A DNA stretch of 64,000 nt from Cetobacterium sp. (lineage in GTDB: Bacteria; Fusobacteriota; Fusobacteriia; Fusobacteriales; Fusobacteriaceae). How positions within the stretch are numbered: the stretch's first letter is position 1; every line of letters starts with the position of its first letter. The translations under genes and the position numbers were made by a program. Of the stretch, positions 48,248 to 59,183 are shown in pieces. The DNA is taken from NCBI GenBank assembly GCA_051651165.1, contig JBOFRT010000308.1, positions 63,702-127,701 of the forward strand. The letters run 5' to 3'. The notes beneath the pieces are model-generated. The model was not told the DNA's origin and ran no database searches. It was given only the letters and a program-made list of their open reading frames with translations.

Positions 48248-49582
48248 TTATTTTGCACTTAATGCAGCCATTGTAATGTAGTTATATGGTTGGTTAAAGT
48301 GAGGTAAGAAGAATATATCTAATAGTTTAATCTTATCTATAGTCACTTTCTCTTGAATAGCAAGTGAGAACATGTGAATTCCCATTGAGATATCTTGTCT
48401 CGAAGCCATTTGAGCTCCTAAAACTCTTCTTGTATTTTTATCATAAACTATTTTTAAGAATACAGTATCATTATCATGTTCGATAAATCCAGGTTTTTGT
48501 AGATCCGCGAACTCAGTTGCGATTGCATCATATCCTAAAGCTTTTGCTTTCTCTAAAGTTAATCCCGTTGAAACCATATTTAATCCATATATTGAGATTC
48601 CATTTGAACCTTGAACTCCAATACTCTCTAATTTAGTTCCACACACGTTATGAGCTGCAACGATACCTGAACGAACTGCATTTGTTGCTAAAGCTATATA
48701 GTTTGTATCTTCGATTGAGTTATCGTAAACTGTAGCACAATCTCCAATTGCATAAACATCTTCTAAACTTGACTTTTGAGTTAAATCTACTCTGTAAGCT
48801 CCATTTCTAAATAACTCTAAATTTTCTTTTCCTAAGATATTATTTGGTACAAAACCAACAGCTAAAATAACCATATCAGCTTTGTAAGTTTTCTTATCTG
48901 TTACAACTTCTTCAACTTTTCCGTTTCCTTTAAGTTCTAATACTTTCTCTCCAAAGTTTACGTTAACTCCATTTTTTACCATATTTTCTTTCATCATCTC
49001 TCTGAATTCAGAATCATAGTAACCTGATAAGCAACTGTCACTTAAATCAACTAACTCTACATTCTTTCCACATCTTTCGAACGCCTCTGCTAACTCAACA
49101 CCAATATATCCTGCTCCAACTACTACTATATTTTTTAACTCTTTATTTTCTAATTTTTTTATTACATCTTCAGCATGTTGATATAATTTTACAAATTGAA
49201 CATTTTCTAAATCTTTTCCTGGAATTGGTAAATCTATTGGTAATGATCCTGTTGATAATATTAACTTATCATAAGATTCTGCTATCTCATTTCCATTTTT
49301 ATCCATTCCATAAACAACTTTATTGTCAAAATCTACTCTTTTTATCTCTGTTTCCATATGAACTTTAGCACCATTACACTCTAACTTTTCTTGTGAAGAG
49401 TAGAATAATCCTTCAGGTCCTGAAATTTGTTTTCCTATCCATAAAGCCATTCCACATCCTAAAAAGCTAATGTTTGAGTTTTTATCAAATACTACTACCT
49501 CTTGACCTGGGTAGTTAGATAAAATTGTGTTAATTGCTGCTGTTCCAGCGTGATTTGCTCCTACTACTACTATTTTACTCAT
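48248..49582 (-). CDS. nox: H2O-forming NADH oxidase
   Basis: [19 protein letters not shown] (redox Cys), [17 protein letters not shown]; start at ATG 49582 after AGGAGG. Confidence 0.93.
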   Translation of the reverse strand: MSKIVVVGANHAGTAAINTILSNYPGQEVVVFDKNSNISFLGCGMALWIGKQISGPEGLFYSSQEKLECNGAKVHMETEIKRVDFDNKVVYGMDKNGNEIAESYDKLILSTGSLPIDLPIPGKDLENVQFVKLYQHAEDVIKKLENKELKNIVVVGAGYIGVELAEAFERCGKNVELVDLSDSCLSGYYDSEFREMMKENMVKNGVNVNFGEKVLELKGNGKVEEVVTDKKTYKADMVILAVGFVPNNILGKENLELFRNGAYRVDLTQKSSLEDVYAIGDCATVYDNSIEDTNYIALATNAVRSGIVAAHNVCGTKLESIGVQGSNGISIYGLNMVSTGLTLEKAKALGYDAIATEFADLQKPGFIEHDNDTVFLKIVYDKNTRRVLGAQMASRQDISMGIHMFSLAIQEKVTIDKIKLLDIFFLPHFNQPYNYITMAALSAK

Positions 49583-49628
49583 AATTTGCCTCCTAAAATC
49601 CATTTTATTTGATATATATTCAACCAAA

Positions 49629-49656
49629 GTATACCTTTTTAGTATTCATAAGTCAA
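49629..49656 (-). promoter_or_regulatory. nox promoter
   Basis: Minus-strand TTGACT, 17 bp, TATACT. Confidence 0.7.
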
Positions 49657-49749
49657 TTGTTTTTACGATTAAATTATGACCTGTAATTCATATTTTTTTA
49701 ATCAAAATAAAACGAGGATGTTTTTTTATCCCCGTTAATTTTAATATTT

Positions 49750-51087
49750 TTATCTATAGTCTTTAAATTTTTCAAATGCTCTCATATATATTTTCATAGC
49801 TAATTTTATGTCATCTAACACTATGTACTCATTCGGCTGATGCTCTGTTTTTGGGCTGTTTGGTAAAACTGCACCAAACGCTACACAGTTATTTATTGCT
49901 CTTGCATACGTAGCTCCCCCTCCAGCTATTGGTTGAGAAATTACATCTTCTGTTATCTCTTGATAAGCTGACATCAATGTTTTTACTAAAGGTGAATCCA
50001 AAGGTGTATAGATAGATTTTAAATAGTCGTGTGGTTTATATCTAAATCCATACTCAGAAGCCTTTTTTGTTATTGTTTCTATTATATTTTCCACACTATA
50101 TGTCACCGGTATTCTCATATCAATACATAAAATCTCTTCTTTTTCTGTAAATTCAATTTTACCAATATTAAATTTTAATTCTCCAGAATGTTCATCCTTC
50201 ACCTCTCCAAAAATAGGCTCTGCAAAATTATAACCAATAATATTTTCCACTATAAATTTACCAGATTTTGTATTTTGTCCACACTCATTCAAAGCGTGCA
50301 TATATCTATTAATTGCATTTACACCTGTTTCAGCTACTTGAGCATGAACACTTTTTCCAATTATTTCAACGCATCCATTTTTTTCTAAATACTCATAATT
50401 TAATTTTTCTAATGCCTCTATAAGCCCCTTTGATTTTTGAACTGTAATCGTTGAAGGAACTGAGTTAAATGCATCTCCACCTTTAAATATCATTCCACTT
50501 TCATTTTCAGAAATAAGCTTACACTGTAATAGCCCCTTTTCTGCATATATCAATGGAAATTTAGAATCTGGTGTAAATCCTACAGTAGGCATCTCCTCTT
50601 TCTCAACATATTTAGGCATATCTCTCCAAAGATTTTCCTCATCTGTTCCAAATATAAATCTTACTCTGTAATCTAATTCAAATCCAGTTTCTAATAAAAC
50701 TTTTAGGGCATATATAGCAGCCAATGTAGGACCTTTATCATCTTGAGATCCTCTTCCAAAATATTTTCCATCTTCAACTTTAGGCTCAAAAGGTGGATTT
50801 TTCCACTTTTTTAAATCTCCTGGTGGAACTACATCTAGATGTCCTAAAACACCTACTAATTTTTCTCCAACTCCAATTTCAGCATACCCATAATACCCTT
50901 CTGGATCAATAAAAGTTTTGAATCCTAACTCTTTACAAATTTTTAAAGTTTCTTCTAATACATTTTGTATCTCTTTTCCAAATGGATAACCACTTTCATC
51001 CTCTTGTAAAAAACTAGGAATTTTTACCAACCTATCTAAATTTTTTATAAATTCTGGAAATTTTTCATTTAATTTTTTATACTTCAA
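49750..51087 (-). CDS. pepV: M20 family dipeptidase (PepV/Sapep-like)
   Basis: GHLDVVP, GRGSQDDKGP, GTDEE, GGATYAR, EHQPNE. Confidence 0.85.
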   Translation of the reverse strand: MKYKKLNEKFPEFIKNLDRLVKIPSFLQEDESGYPFGKEIQNVLEETLKICKELGFKTFIDPEGYYGYAEIGVGEKLVGVLGHLDVVPPGDLKKWKNPPFEPKVEDGKYFGRGSQDDKGPTLAAIYALKVLLETGFELDYRVRFIFGTDEENLWRDMPKYVEKEEMPTVGFTPDSKFPLIYAEKGLLQCKLISENESGMIFKGGDAFNSVPSTITVQKSKGLIEALEKLNYEYLEKNGCVEIIGKSVHAQVAETGVNAINRYMHALNECGQNTKSGKFIVENIIGYNFAEPIFGEVKDEHSGELKFNIGKIEFTEKEEILCIDMRIPVTYSVENIIETITKKASEYGFRYKPHDYLKSIYTPLDSPLVKTLMSAYQEITEDVISQPIAGGGATYARAINNCVAFGAVLPNSPKTEHQPNEYIVLDDIKLAMKIYMRAFEKFKDYR

Positions 51088-51106
51088 CGTTCTCTCCCTA
51101 TTTTAA

Positions 51107-51922
51107 CTATAAATTTATTTTACTTCCCACTTGAATATCCAATATATAAATTCCACTCTTCTCTTTCATTCGCTTCACACCATACTCTCCAGTACAATGA
51201 CAAGGATATAACTTTTCAACTTTACTTTTACTCAAATACTCTATCGTTTCATCTATATATTTTTCATTTTTATTTAAACTTGTTCTACTTGAAAGGTGAA
51301 ACCCTCCTACTATTGTATCTACTCTATCACCACGAGCTTCACACTCATCTAAAATATTACTCACACCTTTATGAGCACATCCGATAAATAAAGCTTTAAT
51401 GTTTTCCTCTTCGACTATTAGATTTAATTCGTGCTTAAAATTATCTTTTATATACTCACCATTATCATTTTTTATATAAAGACTTTCATTCAATGGATTA
51501 TAACTTTCCCTATCAAAACAATGAAATAACTTTAAATTTTCAATTTCTAAGGTATCCTCCACAAAATTAAATCTTTCAACATCTAGATATTCATAAGGAA
51601 TTCCTATGTCTATATACGCTCCAAAAATTTTCTTATAATGCTTTTCAAAATAATATTCACTACAATAAATCTTTGCTTTTTTATTCCTCTTTAGAAAATA
51701 TGAAAGTCCCCCTCCATGATCTTTATGACCATGAGATAAAATCAGATAATTCACCTCTTCTAAATTCAATCCTAATTTTTCAGCATTTTTCCAAAACTTT
51801 TTACTCTCTCCAACATCGAATAATATTTTCAAACCTTTCGTTTCTATATACAAAGAGAGGCCATGCTCCTTTGCTAACTCTTTATTTGAACTTTTATTTT
51901 CCACCAAGACCTGTATCTCTAT
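51107..51922 (-). CDS. MBL-fold metallo-hydrolase (probable ATA start)
   Basis: VLVEN, EHGLSLYIE, SHGHKDHGGG, GCAH.G, GGFH, CHCTG; RBS AAGGAAGGGA precedes ATA 51922 (alternative TTG 51907). Confidence 0.8.
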   Translation of the reverse strand: MEIQVLVENKSSNKELAKEHGLSLYIETKGLKILFDVGESKKFWKNAEKLGLNLEEVNYLILSHGHKDHGGGLSYFLKRNKKAKIYCSEYYFEKHYKKIFGAYIDIGIPYEYLDVERFNFVEDTLEIENLKLFHCFDRESYNPLNESLYIKNDNGEYIKDNFKHELNLIVEEENIKALFIGCAHKGVSNILDECEARGDRVDTIVGGFHLSSRTSLNKNEKYIDETIEYLSKSKVEKLYPCHCTGEYGVKRMKEKSGIYILDIQVGSKINL

Positions 51923-51989
51923 TTTTTATCCCTTCCTTTTTTATTTTATTAAAAATAATTATATTGTTTTTATTATAAAAAATCAAGTT

Positions 51990-52859
51990 TTATAGTATGA
52001 AAAATGTTGTTATCCCAACAAAAGAAACCATTGCACCGACTACTTCTAAAGCAGATATCTTTTCTTTAAAACAAACTATTGATATTGGTATTATTAATAT
52101 CGGACTTGTTGCAGCTAATGTACTCACAATTCCAACATGTGCATGCTTCATCGCTTCGACTAAAGATGTTACACCCATTGTTGCTATAATTGTCCCTAAT
52201 GATATATATAACATCGCTTTTTTATTCACTGCTCCATCCTTTATGTCGCCCCACTCTTTACGATACGTTATATACAAAATAAAAGCTAATATAGCTGGAA
52301 TTGTTCTGACTTGTATTGTTGCAAAAGAATCATAATCTATAGAACCCATTCGAGTGAAAACAATTCCAAAACTCTCTCCTAACATAGCTAATACAGCATA
52401 TACAAACCCTAATTTTGAAAAACTCTCATCACTTTTCTTCTTTAAAATAACCGTTGCAATTCCACTTATTGTCAATAGCATTCCTACTATTTTTAATAGC
52501 TCTATTTTATCTTTTAAAATAAAAAAACTTAATATTGATACTGCTATAGGACTAAACGTCATTAAAAGCAGTGTAATTCGAGGACCTATTTTCAAATAAG
52601 CTTTAAATAAAAAGAAATCTCCTAAAAATAATCCAAATAATCCTGATACAGATAGATATTTTAAAGACTCTTTAGAAACATCTAGAGGTAGTAACATTCC
52701 TCTATTCATTTGTGTTATCATGCCTAAAAATACCATTGCTAAAACTAATCTAATTAAATTTACAGCTAAACTTCCTGCTTCTTTGCTTGCTTTCTCTAAA
52801 AAGATAGAACTTCCCACCCATCCAAACGCTGCTAAAAGTGCTAAACTTTCTCCTATCAT
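51990..52859 (-). CDS. DMT/EamA family transporter
   Basis: 289 aa, two EamA-like repeats, about 10 TM. Confidence 0.88.
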   Translation of the reverse strand: MIGESLALLAAFGWVGSSIFLEKASKEAGSLAVNLIRLVLAMVFLGMITQMNRGMLLPLDVSKESLKYLSVSGLFGLFLGDFFLFKAYLKIGPRITLLLMTFSPIAVSILSFFILKDKIELLKIVGMLLTISGIATVILKKKSDESFSKLGFVYAVLAMLGESFGIVFTRMGSIDYDSFATIQVRTIPAILAFILYITYRKEWGDIKDGAVNKKAMLYISLGTIIATMGVTSLVEAMKHAHVGIVSTLAATSPILIIPISIVCFKEKISALEVVGAMVSFVGITTFFIL

Positions 52860-52925
52860 GAATCTCCCCCCATTTTTGTTTTTTAATTATTTTACACTAT
52901 TTCAAATTTAATTTGAAATGAAAAA

Positions 52926-52950
52926 ATAGAGAGGATATAATCCTCTCTAA
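52926..52950 (-). terminator. rubrerythrin terminator
   Basis: TAGAGAGGAT-ata-ATCCTCTCTA. Confidence 0.8.
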
Positions 52951-52957
52951 ATCAATT

Positions 52958-53536
52958 TTAATAGTTTACACACTCCATTTCAAACTCTTTCTGTTTTTCT
53001 AAACATGATGGGCACACCTTAGGAGCTTCTTTTCCTGAATGAACATAACCACATTTTCTACATTTCCATCTCACATCTTCATCTTTTTTAAACACTAACT
53101 CTCTACCTAAATTATCAAGAAGTTTACGATATCTTTTTTCATGTAGCTTTTCTACTTCAACTATCGCTTTAAACGCCGCTGCTACCTGTGGATACCCCTC
53201 TTCAATCGCCACCTCAGCAAATCCAGGATAAAGCTCTGCCCACTCTTCATATTCACCTTCTGCAGCCTCTTCTAAGTTCTCCATAGTTGTTCCAACAATT
53301 CCAGCTGGATATGTTGCTGTTATCTCAACAGGACCTCCCTCTAAAAATGAGAAAAATCTTCTAGCATGATATTGTTCATTTAAAGCTGTTTCTTCAAATA
53401 ATGCAGCTATCTGCTCATAACCTTCACTCTTAGCTTTTTCTGCAAACATTGTATATCTTTGTCTTGCTTGTGATTCCCCTGCAAAAGCCTTTAATAAATT
53501 TTGTTCAGTTTTAGATCCTCTAATCGATTTTACCAT
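52958..53536 (-). CDS. rbr: Rubrerythrin
   Basis: AFAGESQA, NEQYHA, GEYEE, VEKLHE, WKCRKCGY...CPSC. Confidence 0.95.
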   Translation of the reverse strand: MVKSIRGSKTEQNLLKAFAGESQARQRYTMFAEKAKSEGYEQIAALFEETALNEQYHARRFFSFLEGGPVEITATYPAGIVGTTMENLEEAAEGEYEEWAELYPGFAEVAIEEGYPQVAAAFKAIVEVEKLHEKRYRKLLDNLGRELVFKKDEDVRWKCRKCGYVHSGKEAPKVCPSCLEKQKEFEMECVNY

Positions 53537-53657
53537 TTTATTAAGTTACCTCCTTATTTGTATTCCTAGATATTATTCTATTATTTTATTTTTTTCCTTT
53601 TTATTATTTTATTTTATGTGATAAGATAAAAAATAAAATAATATCAGGAGGATACAT

Positions 53658-54170
53658 ATGGATTTTTTATCAAGAAGAACTATTAGAAAATACACTACAC
53701 AAAATATTGAAAAAGAAAAATTAGATGAAATTTTAAAAACTACTTTAGCCTCACCTTCTGGAAGAAACTTAAAACCATTTGAATTAATTCTAACTCAAAA
53801 TAAAGATATTTTAAATAAATTATCTTTTTCCAAAAAAGTTGGTTCAGCTATGTTAAGTGAAGCTGACACAGCAATTATTGTTCTGGGAAATCCTGAGATA
53901 TCAAACACTTGGAACGAGGACTCCTCTATTGCATCATTCACAATTCAACTAAAAGCTTTTCAACTTGGCTTAGGTAGTTGCTGGATAAATGTAAAAGATA
54001 GAAAAACTAGTGATGGAATCGATTCTGAAATTTATATAAAAAATTTATTATCAATACCATCTCATTTCAAAATAGTTTCAATTATTTCACTAGGATACCC
54101 AAACGAAGAAAAAATACCTCGAAATGAAAATGATATGGACTTTTCTAAAATTCATATTGATAAGTTTTAA
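53658..54170 (+). CDS. Nitroreductase family protein
   Basis: RRTIRKY, SPSGRN, GLGSCWI, LGYP. Confidence 0.92.
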   Translation: MDFLSRRTIRKYTTQNIEKEKLDEILKTTLASPSGRNLKPFELILTQNKDILNKLSFSKKVGSAMLSEADTAIIVLGNPEISNTWNEDSSIASFTIQLKAFQLGLGSCWINVKDRKTSDGIDSEIYIKNLLSIPSHFKIVSIISLGYPNEEKIPRNENDMDFSKIHIDKF

Positions 54171-54217
54171 AAAAAAGGATTATTGTAACTTTATAGAGTC
54201 ACAATAATCCTTTTTTT
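54169..54217. terminator. Bidirectional terminator nitroreductase/hutZ
   Basis: AAAAAAAGGATTATTGT...ACAATAATCCTTTTTTT. Confidence 0.85.
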
Positions 54218-54734
54218 ATCTATGAGTTTTTTTATCTCCAGTCATATGAATGATATCATCACCTTTTAAATTAAATGCTTGACCAAATCCTTTAACAAAT
54301 CTTCCATCAATTACATTTAATTTTACTAAATGAAAATCTTCCATTTTACGTACTACCTTAACTCCATGTCCCATTCTCTCTTCGAAAATATCTAAAATAG
54401 TTTCAAATCTCTCATCTCTTGGTTGGAATTCAGCTGTAACATTGTATCTTAATCTCTTTCTTACTAATACTGATGCAGCTTCTTTTTCATCTTGTAAGAA
54501 CATAATCTCAAACTTTTGAGTGTTCTCTACTAGGTTATCATAATGATCTCCTATTTCACTGATAAATATATATCCTGCATCTTCATATTTTACATAAGGA
54601 GCATAAGTAACATCTATCTCTCCATTTTTAGAAACTGTTCCTAAAACTACTGATTTAAAACTTCCTTCAAACTCATCTATCTCTTTTCTTAATTCATCTT
54701 TATTTAAATTCATTGCCATTGCCATCTTCATCAT
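54216..54734 (-). CDS. hutZ: HutZ/HugZ-family heme utilisation protein (split-barrel)
   Basis: LGTV...YAPY...ISEIGDH..NL, DFHL.......GRFVKGFGQAF......H. Confidence 0.88.
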   Translation of the reverse strand: MMKMAMAMNLNKDELRKEIDEFEGSFKSVVLGTVSKNGEIDVTYAPYVKYEDAGYIFISEIGDHYDNLVENTQKFEIMFLQDEKEAASVLVRKRLRYNVTAEFQPRDERFETILDIFEERMGHGVKVVRKMEDFHLVKLNVIDGRFVKGFGQAFNLKGDDIIHMTGDKKTHR

Positions 54735-54755
54735 AACTATTCAATCTCCTTTAAG

Positions 54756-54768
54756 TTTGTATTTCAAA
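54756..54768. promoter_or_regulatory. Iron-gene motif copy at hutZ
   Basis: TTTGT-ATT-TCAAA between the hutZ promoter (minus-strand TTGACA 54807-54812) and RBS. Confidence 0.55.
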
Positions 54769-54838
54769 TTATTATATACTCATATAGTATATTTTTTTAC
54801 AAACTTTGTCAAGAATTAATTACACTTTTTTTGTATGA

Positions 54839-56539
54839 TTATAAATTTCCAGCTTTATACATTCTAAAGAACTCACCCTCTTTTTCCATTAAAGTTTTAT
54901 AATCTCCCATCTCTTTGATACCCTCTTTACCTAAAACAACAATTTTATCAAACTCTTTTATCGTATTTAATCTATGAGCAATCGAGATTATTATTTTATC
55001 GTTAAACTTTTCTAAAATATTATCCATGATTTTTTTCTCTAGGATATTATCTAATGCTGACGTTCCCTCATCTAACATTATAATCTCTGGATTCTTTAAA
55101 AAGAGCCTTGCCATTGCTAATCTTTGCTTTTGACCTGAACTTAAATTAACTCCACCTTGGCCTAACTTAGTATTCTCTTTGTGCTCAAGAGTCTCTACAA
55201 ACTCTTTCAATTGAGCCAATTCTAGGGCTTTCATTATCTCCTCATCAGTAGCATCTTTTTTCACAACTTTTATATTATCTAAAATTGTTTCATTCATCAA
55301 ACTATCTCTTTGATCAACAACTGCTATCTTATTAAGTAGACTCTCTCTTTCCAAATCAGTTATACAGTTATTGTTTATTAATATTCTATTTTCTTCAGGT
55401 AAAAATGTTCTTTTTAAAAGTGAGAAAATTGTTGTTTTTCCAACCCCACTCTCTCCTACAAAAGCAACTTTCTCGCCTTTTTTAATAACTAAAGATAGGT
55501 TTTTTATTACATCTTGATTACCAAAAGAGAAACTTAAATTTTTAACCTCTATTTTTTTTATCTCATCACTCATCTGAATATCTCCATTTTTTTCATCTGG
55601 AATATTCATAATATCTAAAAATCTCCCAATTCCTGTTGCTCCTCTTTGGAAAACATCTATCAATCCCATCAATCTTAGTAGATATATCCTAAATCTATTT
55701 GTCAGTAATATGAAACCTACGATAACTCCTAGACTTATTTCATCATTTATATGCATATATCCACCTATAAATATCACTATCAATTGAGTAAGTTGATTAT
55801 AGAAATTTACTCCTGACATAAGAGCGGATGTATTAAATATATTTGTTTTTTCTACATCTAAAAGTTCTTTATTTCTTTCTGAGAACTTTTCTAAGACATC
55901 ATCTTCTAAAACATTATCTTTTATAAAAAATACAGTTTTTAAAGAATCATGAATTTTTGAAGTAAGACCTGAAAATCTCTCTCTTACTAAACCATAACCT
56001 ACCTTTAACTTTTTATTTTGATAAATTGTAAAATAAACAGCTAAAGGAAGAGGTATCATCGTTAATAGAGTCAATTTCAAATTAAAATTAGCCATAAGAA
56101 CAACTGCACCAATTATTGATAATATAGAAAATAGAAAATCTTCTAATCCTCTATATAAAAGAGCTGAAACATTTTCTAAATCACTTGTCACTCTTGATAT
56201 TATATCTCCACTTTGATTTTTCATAAAATATGTGTCTGGTTGACTTAGAATTTTCTTAAATAAATCCTCTCTCATCAGAAACTTTATTCTATTTCCCATC
56301 AACTGTCCTCTCGAACTAGAGTAAACAGACAACACTAACCTAATCACATATATTCCTAGCAGGGCTGCTGAGAACACGAAGAACTCTTTAACGTTTTTAT
56401 TCGGTATTGATCTATCTATTAGGTTTTGAACTACTATCGGGCCATACAAATCCAAACCAGTTACAAAAAAACTGCTAACTAAAAAATAAGTTAGCAGTTT
56501 TTTTTCTTTTAGATAGTATCTTAAAACACTATTTAACAT
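54839..56539 (-). CDS. ABC transporter, fused permease/ATPase (exporter-type fold)
   Basis: Six TM N-terminal domain; GESGVGKT, LSSGQKQR, LDEGTSALD, IAHRL; overlaps the upstream gene stop. Confidence 0.9.
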   Translation of the reverse strand: MLNSVLRYYLKEKKLLTYFLVSSFFVTGLDLYGPIVVQNLIDRSIPNKNVKEFFVFSAALLGIYVIRLVLSVYSSSRGQLMGNRIKFLMREDLFKKILSQPDTYFMKNQSGDIISRVTSDLENVSALLYRGLEDFLFSILSIIGAVVLMANFNLKLTLLTMIPLPLAVYFTIYQNKKLKVGYGLVRERFSGLTSKIHDSLKTVFFIKDNVLEDDVLEKFSERNKELLDVEKTNIFNTSALMSGVNFYNQLTQLIVIFIGGYMHINDEISLGVIVGFILLTNRFRIYLLRLMGLIDVFQRGATGIGRFLDIMNIPDEKNGDIQMSDEIKKIEVKNLSFSFGNQDVIKNLSLVIKKGEKVAFVGESGVGKTTIFSLLKRTFLPEENRILINNNCITDLERESLLNKIAVVDQRDSLMNETILDNIKVVKKDATDEEIMKALELAQLKEFVETLEHKENTKLGQGGVNLSSGQKQRLAMARLFLKNPEIIMLDEGTSALDNILEKKIMDNILEKFNDKIIISIAHRLNTIKEFDKIVVLGKEGIKEMGDYKTLMEKEGEFFRMYKAGNL

Positions 56540-57413
56540 TCGATAACTCCTGATATAACTCTTCTAGAGCATCTATAACTCTCGGAGTTCCTCTCAGTAT
56601 TTTATCTGAATCAATTATCATCATATTACCTTTTTGCCCTGCTTTAGTTTGTTTTACAACTGGATTACTATTTAAAATATCATTTTTATTTTTTATTGCC
56701 ATTGATCCAACTAATAAATCTGGATTTTGAGCTAATAAATATTCTGGTGAAAGTATCGGTCTTCCTCCTGGTAAACCTTTTGCTATATTCTCAATACCTA
56801 GCGTATCAAATATCTGACCTGGTAAAGAGTTTGGAGTAAATACCATCATTGGAGATGTCGAGAATAGAAATGCTCCTTTAATATTCAATGGCTTTTCTTC
56901 TATCTTTTTCTTTATACCATCTAGCTTAGCTTTATAATCCTGTACTAACTTTTCCGATTTTTCTCTTTGACCAGTTATTACTCCATACACCTCTAAATTT
57001 TCTAAAATTTGATCAAAAGAATTTGCTTCATTTATTATAAATTTTAATTTTCTAGCTTTTAAGCTCTCTCCAAATGCTTCAGACATTGTATTTAATATTA
57101 CAAGATCTGGAGTAAAACTTAGAACCTGCTCTATCGATGGCTTCATTATAGTTCCAGCTTTTGGGAGATCTTTTGTTTTCTCTTGTGGCCATATAGGATT
57201 TTTTGCTGTATCTGCTATAGCTACAATACTTTTTTCTCCTTCAATTAAATAAAATGATTCAACCGCTGCTGGGTCTAATATTAAAACTTTTTTATATTCT
57301 TTTTCCTCTACTTTATTACCTCTAGAATCTACAATAAATCCATTCTCTAACTTTAAAGCAAAGGCAAAATTACTCATCAAAACTGTAAATGCTAAAATTG
57401 CTAATTTTTTCAT
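56529..57413 (-). CDS. hmuT: Heme/iron-chelate ABC periplasmic binding protein
   Basis: Signal peptide, AGTIMKPSIEQVL...PDL, LRGTPR; within heme locus. Confidence 0.75.
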   Translation of the reverse strand: MKKLAILAFTVLMSNFAFALKLENGFIVDSRGNKVEEKEYKKVLILDPAAVESFYLIEGEKSIVAIADTAKNPIWPQEKTKDLPKAGTIMKPSIEQVLSFTPDLVILNTMSEAFGESLKARKLKFIINEANSFDQILENLEVYGVITGQREKSEKLVQDYKAKLDGIKKKIEEKPLNIKGAFLFSTSPMMVFTPNSLPGQIFDTLGIENIAKGLPGGRPILSPEYLLAQNPDLLVGSMAIKNKNDILNSNPVVKQTKAGQKGNMMIIDSDKILRGTPRVIDALEELYQELSNVK

Positions 57414-57422
57414 AATCTCTCC

Positions 57423-58196
57423 TTATACTAATGGAATAATATATGGTATCCCATTTTCATCTTTTATAACCTTTGATTTTAGATTATAAACTGCTTGTAA
57501 ATTTTCCTCTGTCAAAACTTCTAATGGTGTTCCCTGGAATTTAATCTCTCCATCTTTCATCATTATTAACTCATCACAAAACATTGCCGCTAAATTAAGA
57601 TCATGAAGAACTGCAACACTTGTCAGTGATTTTTCTAAAGATAAATTCTTAACTTTATTTAGTAGTTCTACAGCGTGATTTAAATCAAGTGCCGAAGTTG
57701 GTTCATCTAAAAGTAGTATTTCTGGCTCTTGAGTTAACGCTCTTGCTAGTAATACTCTTTGAAACTCTCCTCCAGATAAACTTACTGCTACTCTTTCACT
57801 GAACTTATATAGTCCTAAAAAATTTAGATTATCCTCTACCTTTTTTTTATCATCAAATGTATATCCTGCCCAGCTCGATTTTAAATGAGGTAATCTCCCC
57901 ATTAAAACAAAATCTTTCACAGACATATTTGTCATTAAATTTGATTTTTGTGGAACTAATGATACAAGTTTAGCTTTATCTTTTTTAGATAACCCAACTG
58001 TATCTTTTCCATTGAAAATAATCTCTCCACTATTTGGAGTTAAATAACCAAGTATATTTTTTAGAAAAGTGGACTTTCCACATCCATTTGGTCCTAATAT
58101 TCCTGTCATCTTTCCTTTTTTTATTTGAACTTTTAAATTCTTTAAAATAGCTCTATCTCCATAAGAAAAAGATAGATTTTCAACTTTAATACCCAT
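57423..58196 (-). CDS. hmuV: Heme/iron-chelate ABC ATPase
   Basis: GPNGCGKST, LSGGEFQR, LDEPTSALD, LHDLNLA. Confidence 0.8.
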   Translation of the reverse strand: MGIKVENLSFSYGDRAILKNLKVQIKKGKMTGILGPNGCGKSTFLKNILGYLTPNSGEIIFNGKDTVGLSKKDKAKLVSLVPQKSNLMTNMSVKDFVLMGRLPHLKSSWAGYTFDDKKKVEDNLNFLGLYKFSERVAVSLSGGEFQRVLLARALTQEPEILLLDEPTSALDLNHAVELLNKVKNLSLEKSLTSVAVLHDLNLAAMFCDELIMMKDGEIKFQGTPLEVLTEENLQAVYNLKSKVIKDENGIPYIIPLV

Positions 58197-58197
58197 C

Positions 58198-59166
58198 TTA
58201 TCTTCCTCCTTTAGATTTAAATGCTAGATATAAAAAGAATGGTGCTCCAAAGAACGCTGTAACAACACCTATTGGTATCTCAACTGGTGCTAATAAAAGT
58301 CTTCCAATAGTATCACAGATTAGTAAGAAGAATCCTCCTGCTAAAGCTGAGTTTGGAATTAATTTTGAGTTTGAAGGTCCCACTAACATTCTTATTGAAT
58401 GAGGTATAATTAAACCTACAAATCCTATCATTCCTGAAAACGCTACTGAAAAGGCTACTACTAACGCTGAAACAGTTAAAACTTTTGCTTTTAACGTATG
58501 AACATCAACTCCTAAAGAGTTTGCTTCTTCATCTCCTGATAGCAGAGCATCTAACTGATTTCTTTGTAAATAGAAGAAGATTAGAGAAAATACCAATGGT
58601 ACAAATAAAAGTGCTACCTTTGTCCACGTCGCTCCTCCTAAATACCCCATTAACCACATAGTAATTTTAAATGATTCTTCACCTATAAGATACATCGCAA
58701 ACGATGTAAATGCACCTATAAATGATGATACAGCTATTCCTACTATCAATAACGTTGTTATATCAACTTTTCCATTTCTATTTGAAAGCTTAAATATTAC
58801 GAAAGTACTTATTAAGCATGATAAAAATGCTAGCACTCCGTAAAATATATCTGGTAATTGGAATACGTAAGCTATTACTGCTCCAAATGTCGCACTCGCT
58901 GCTATTCCTATTATGTAAGGGTCAGCTAAAGGATTCTGAAACACAGCTTGAACCACAACACCACTCGATGATAACATCATCCCTATCAATAATGCCATAA
59001 TTATTCTTGGTAATCTTATTTCGTAAATTATTGTTTTTATATAATCTGGGGCAGTTGACATTGAAAATAGTTGCTCCAATGGCACAGAAACACTTCCTAA
59101 GCCAATAGAAAGTGTTCCTGTCAGTATTATTCCCAGAATTAATATTAATGACACATGTTTCTTCAT
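58198..59166 (-). CDS. hmuU: FecCD-family heme/iron-chelate permease
   Basis: IRLPR, QNPLADPY, GMIGFVGLIIPH, EIPIGVVT..GAPFF. Confidence 0.82.
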   Translation of the reverse strand: MKKHVSLILILGIILTGTLSIGLGSVSVPLEQLFSMSTAPDYIKTIIYEIRLPRIIMALLIGMMLSSSGVVVQAVFQNPLADPYIIGIAASATFGAVIAYVFQLPDIFYGVLAFLSCLISTFVIFKLSNRNGKVDITTLLIVGIAVSSFIGAFTSFAMYLIGEESFKITMWLMGYLGGATWTKVALLFVPLVFSLIFFYLQRNQLDALLSGDEEANSLGVDVHTLKAKVLTVSALVVAFSVAFSGMIGFVGLIIPHSIRMLVGPSNSKLIPNSALAGGFFLLICDTIGRLLLAPVEIPIGVVTAFFGAPFFLYLAFKSKGGR

Positions 59167-59183
59167 ATTAATTCTCCCTGTTT

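Noticed and set aside
49608-49626. Rex or FNR box upstream of nox (TTTGATATATATTCAAC)
   Set aside because: TGA-N7-TCA spacing fits neither Rex (N6), FNR (TTGAT-N4-ATCAA) nor the N3 iron motif.
52901-52918. TTTCAAAT-ta-ATTTGAAA palindrome upstream of the DMT gene as an iron motif copy
   Set aside because: The half-sites are in the opposite orientation; it is a single AT-rich instance without further support.
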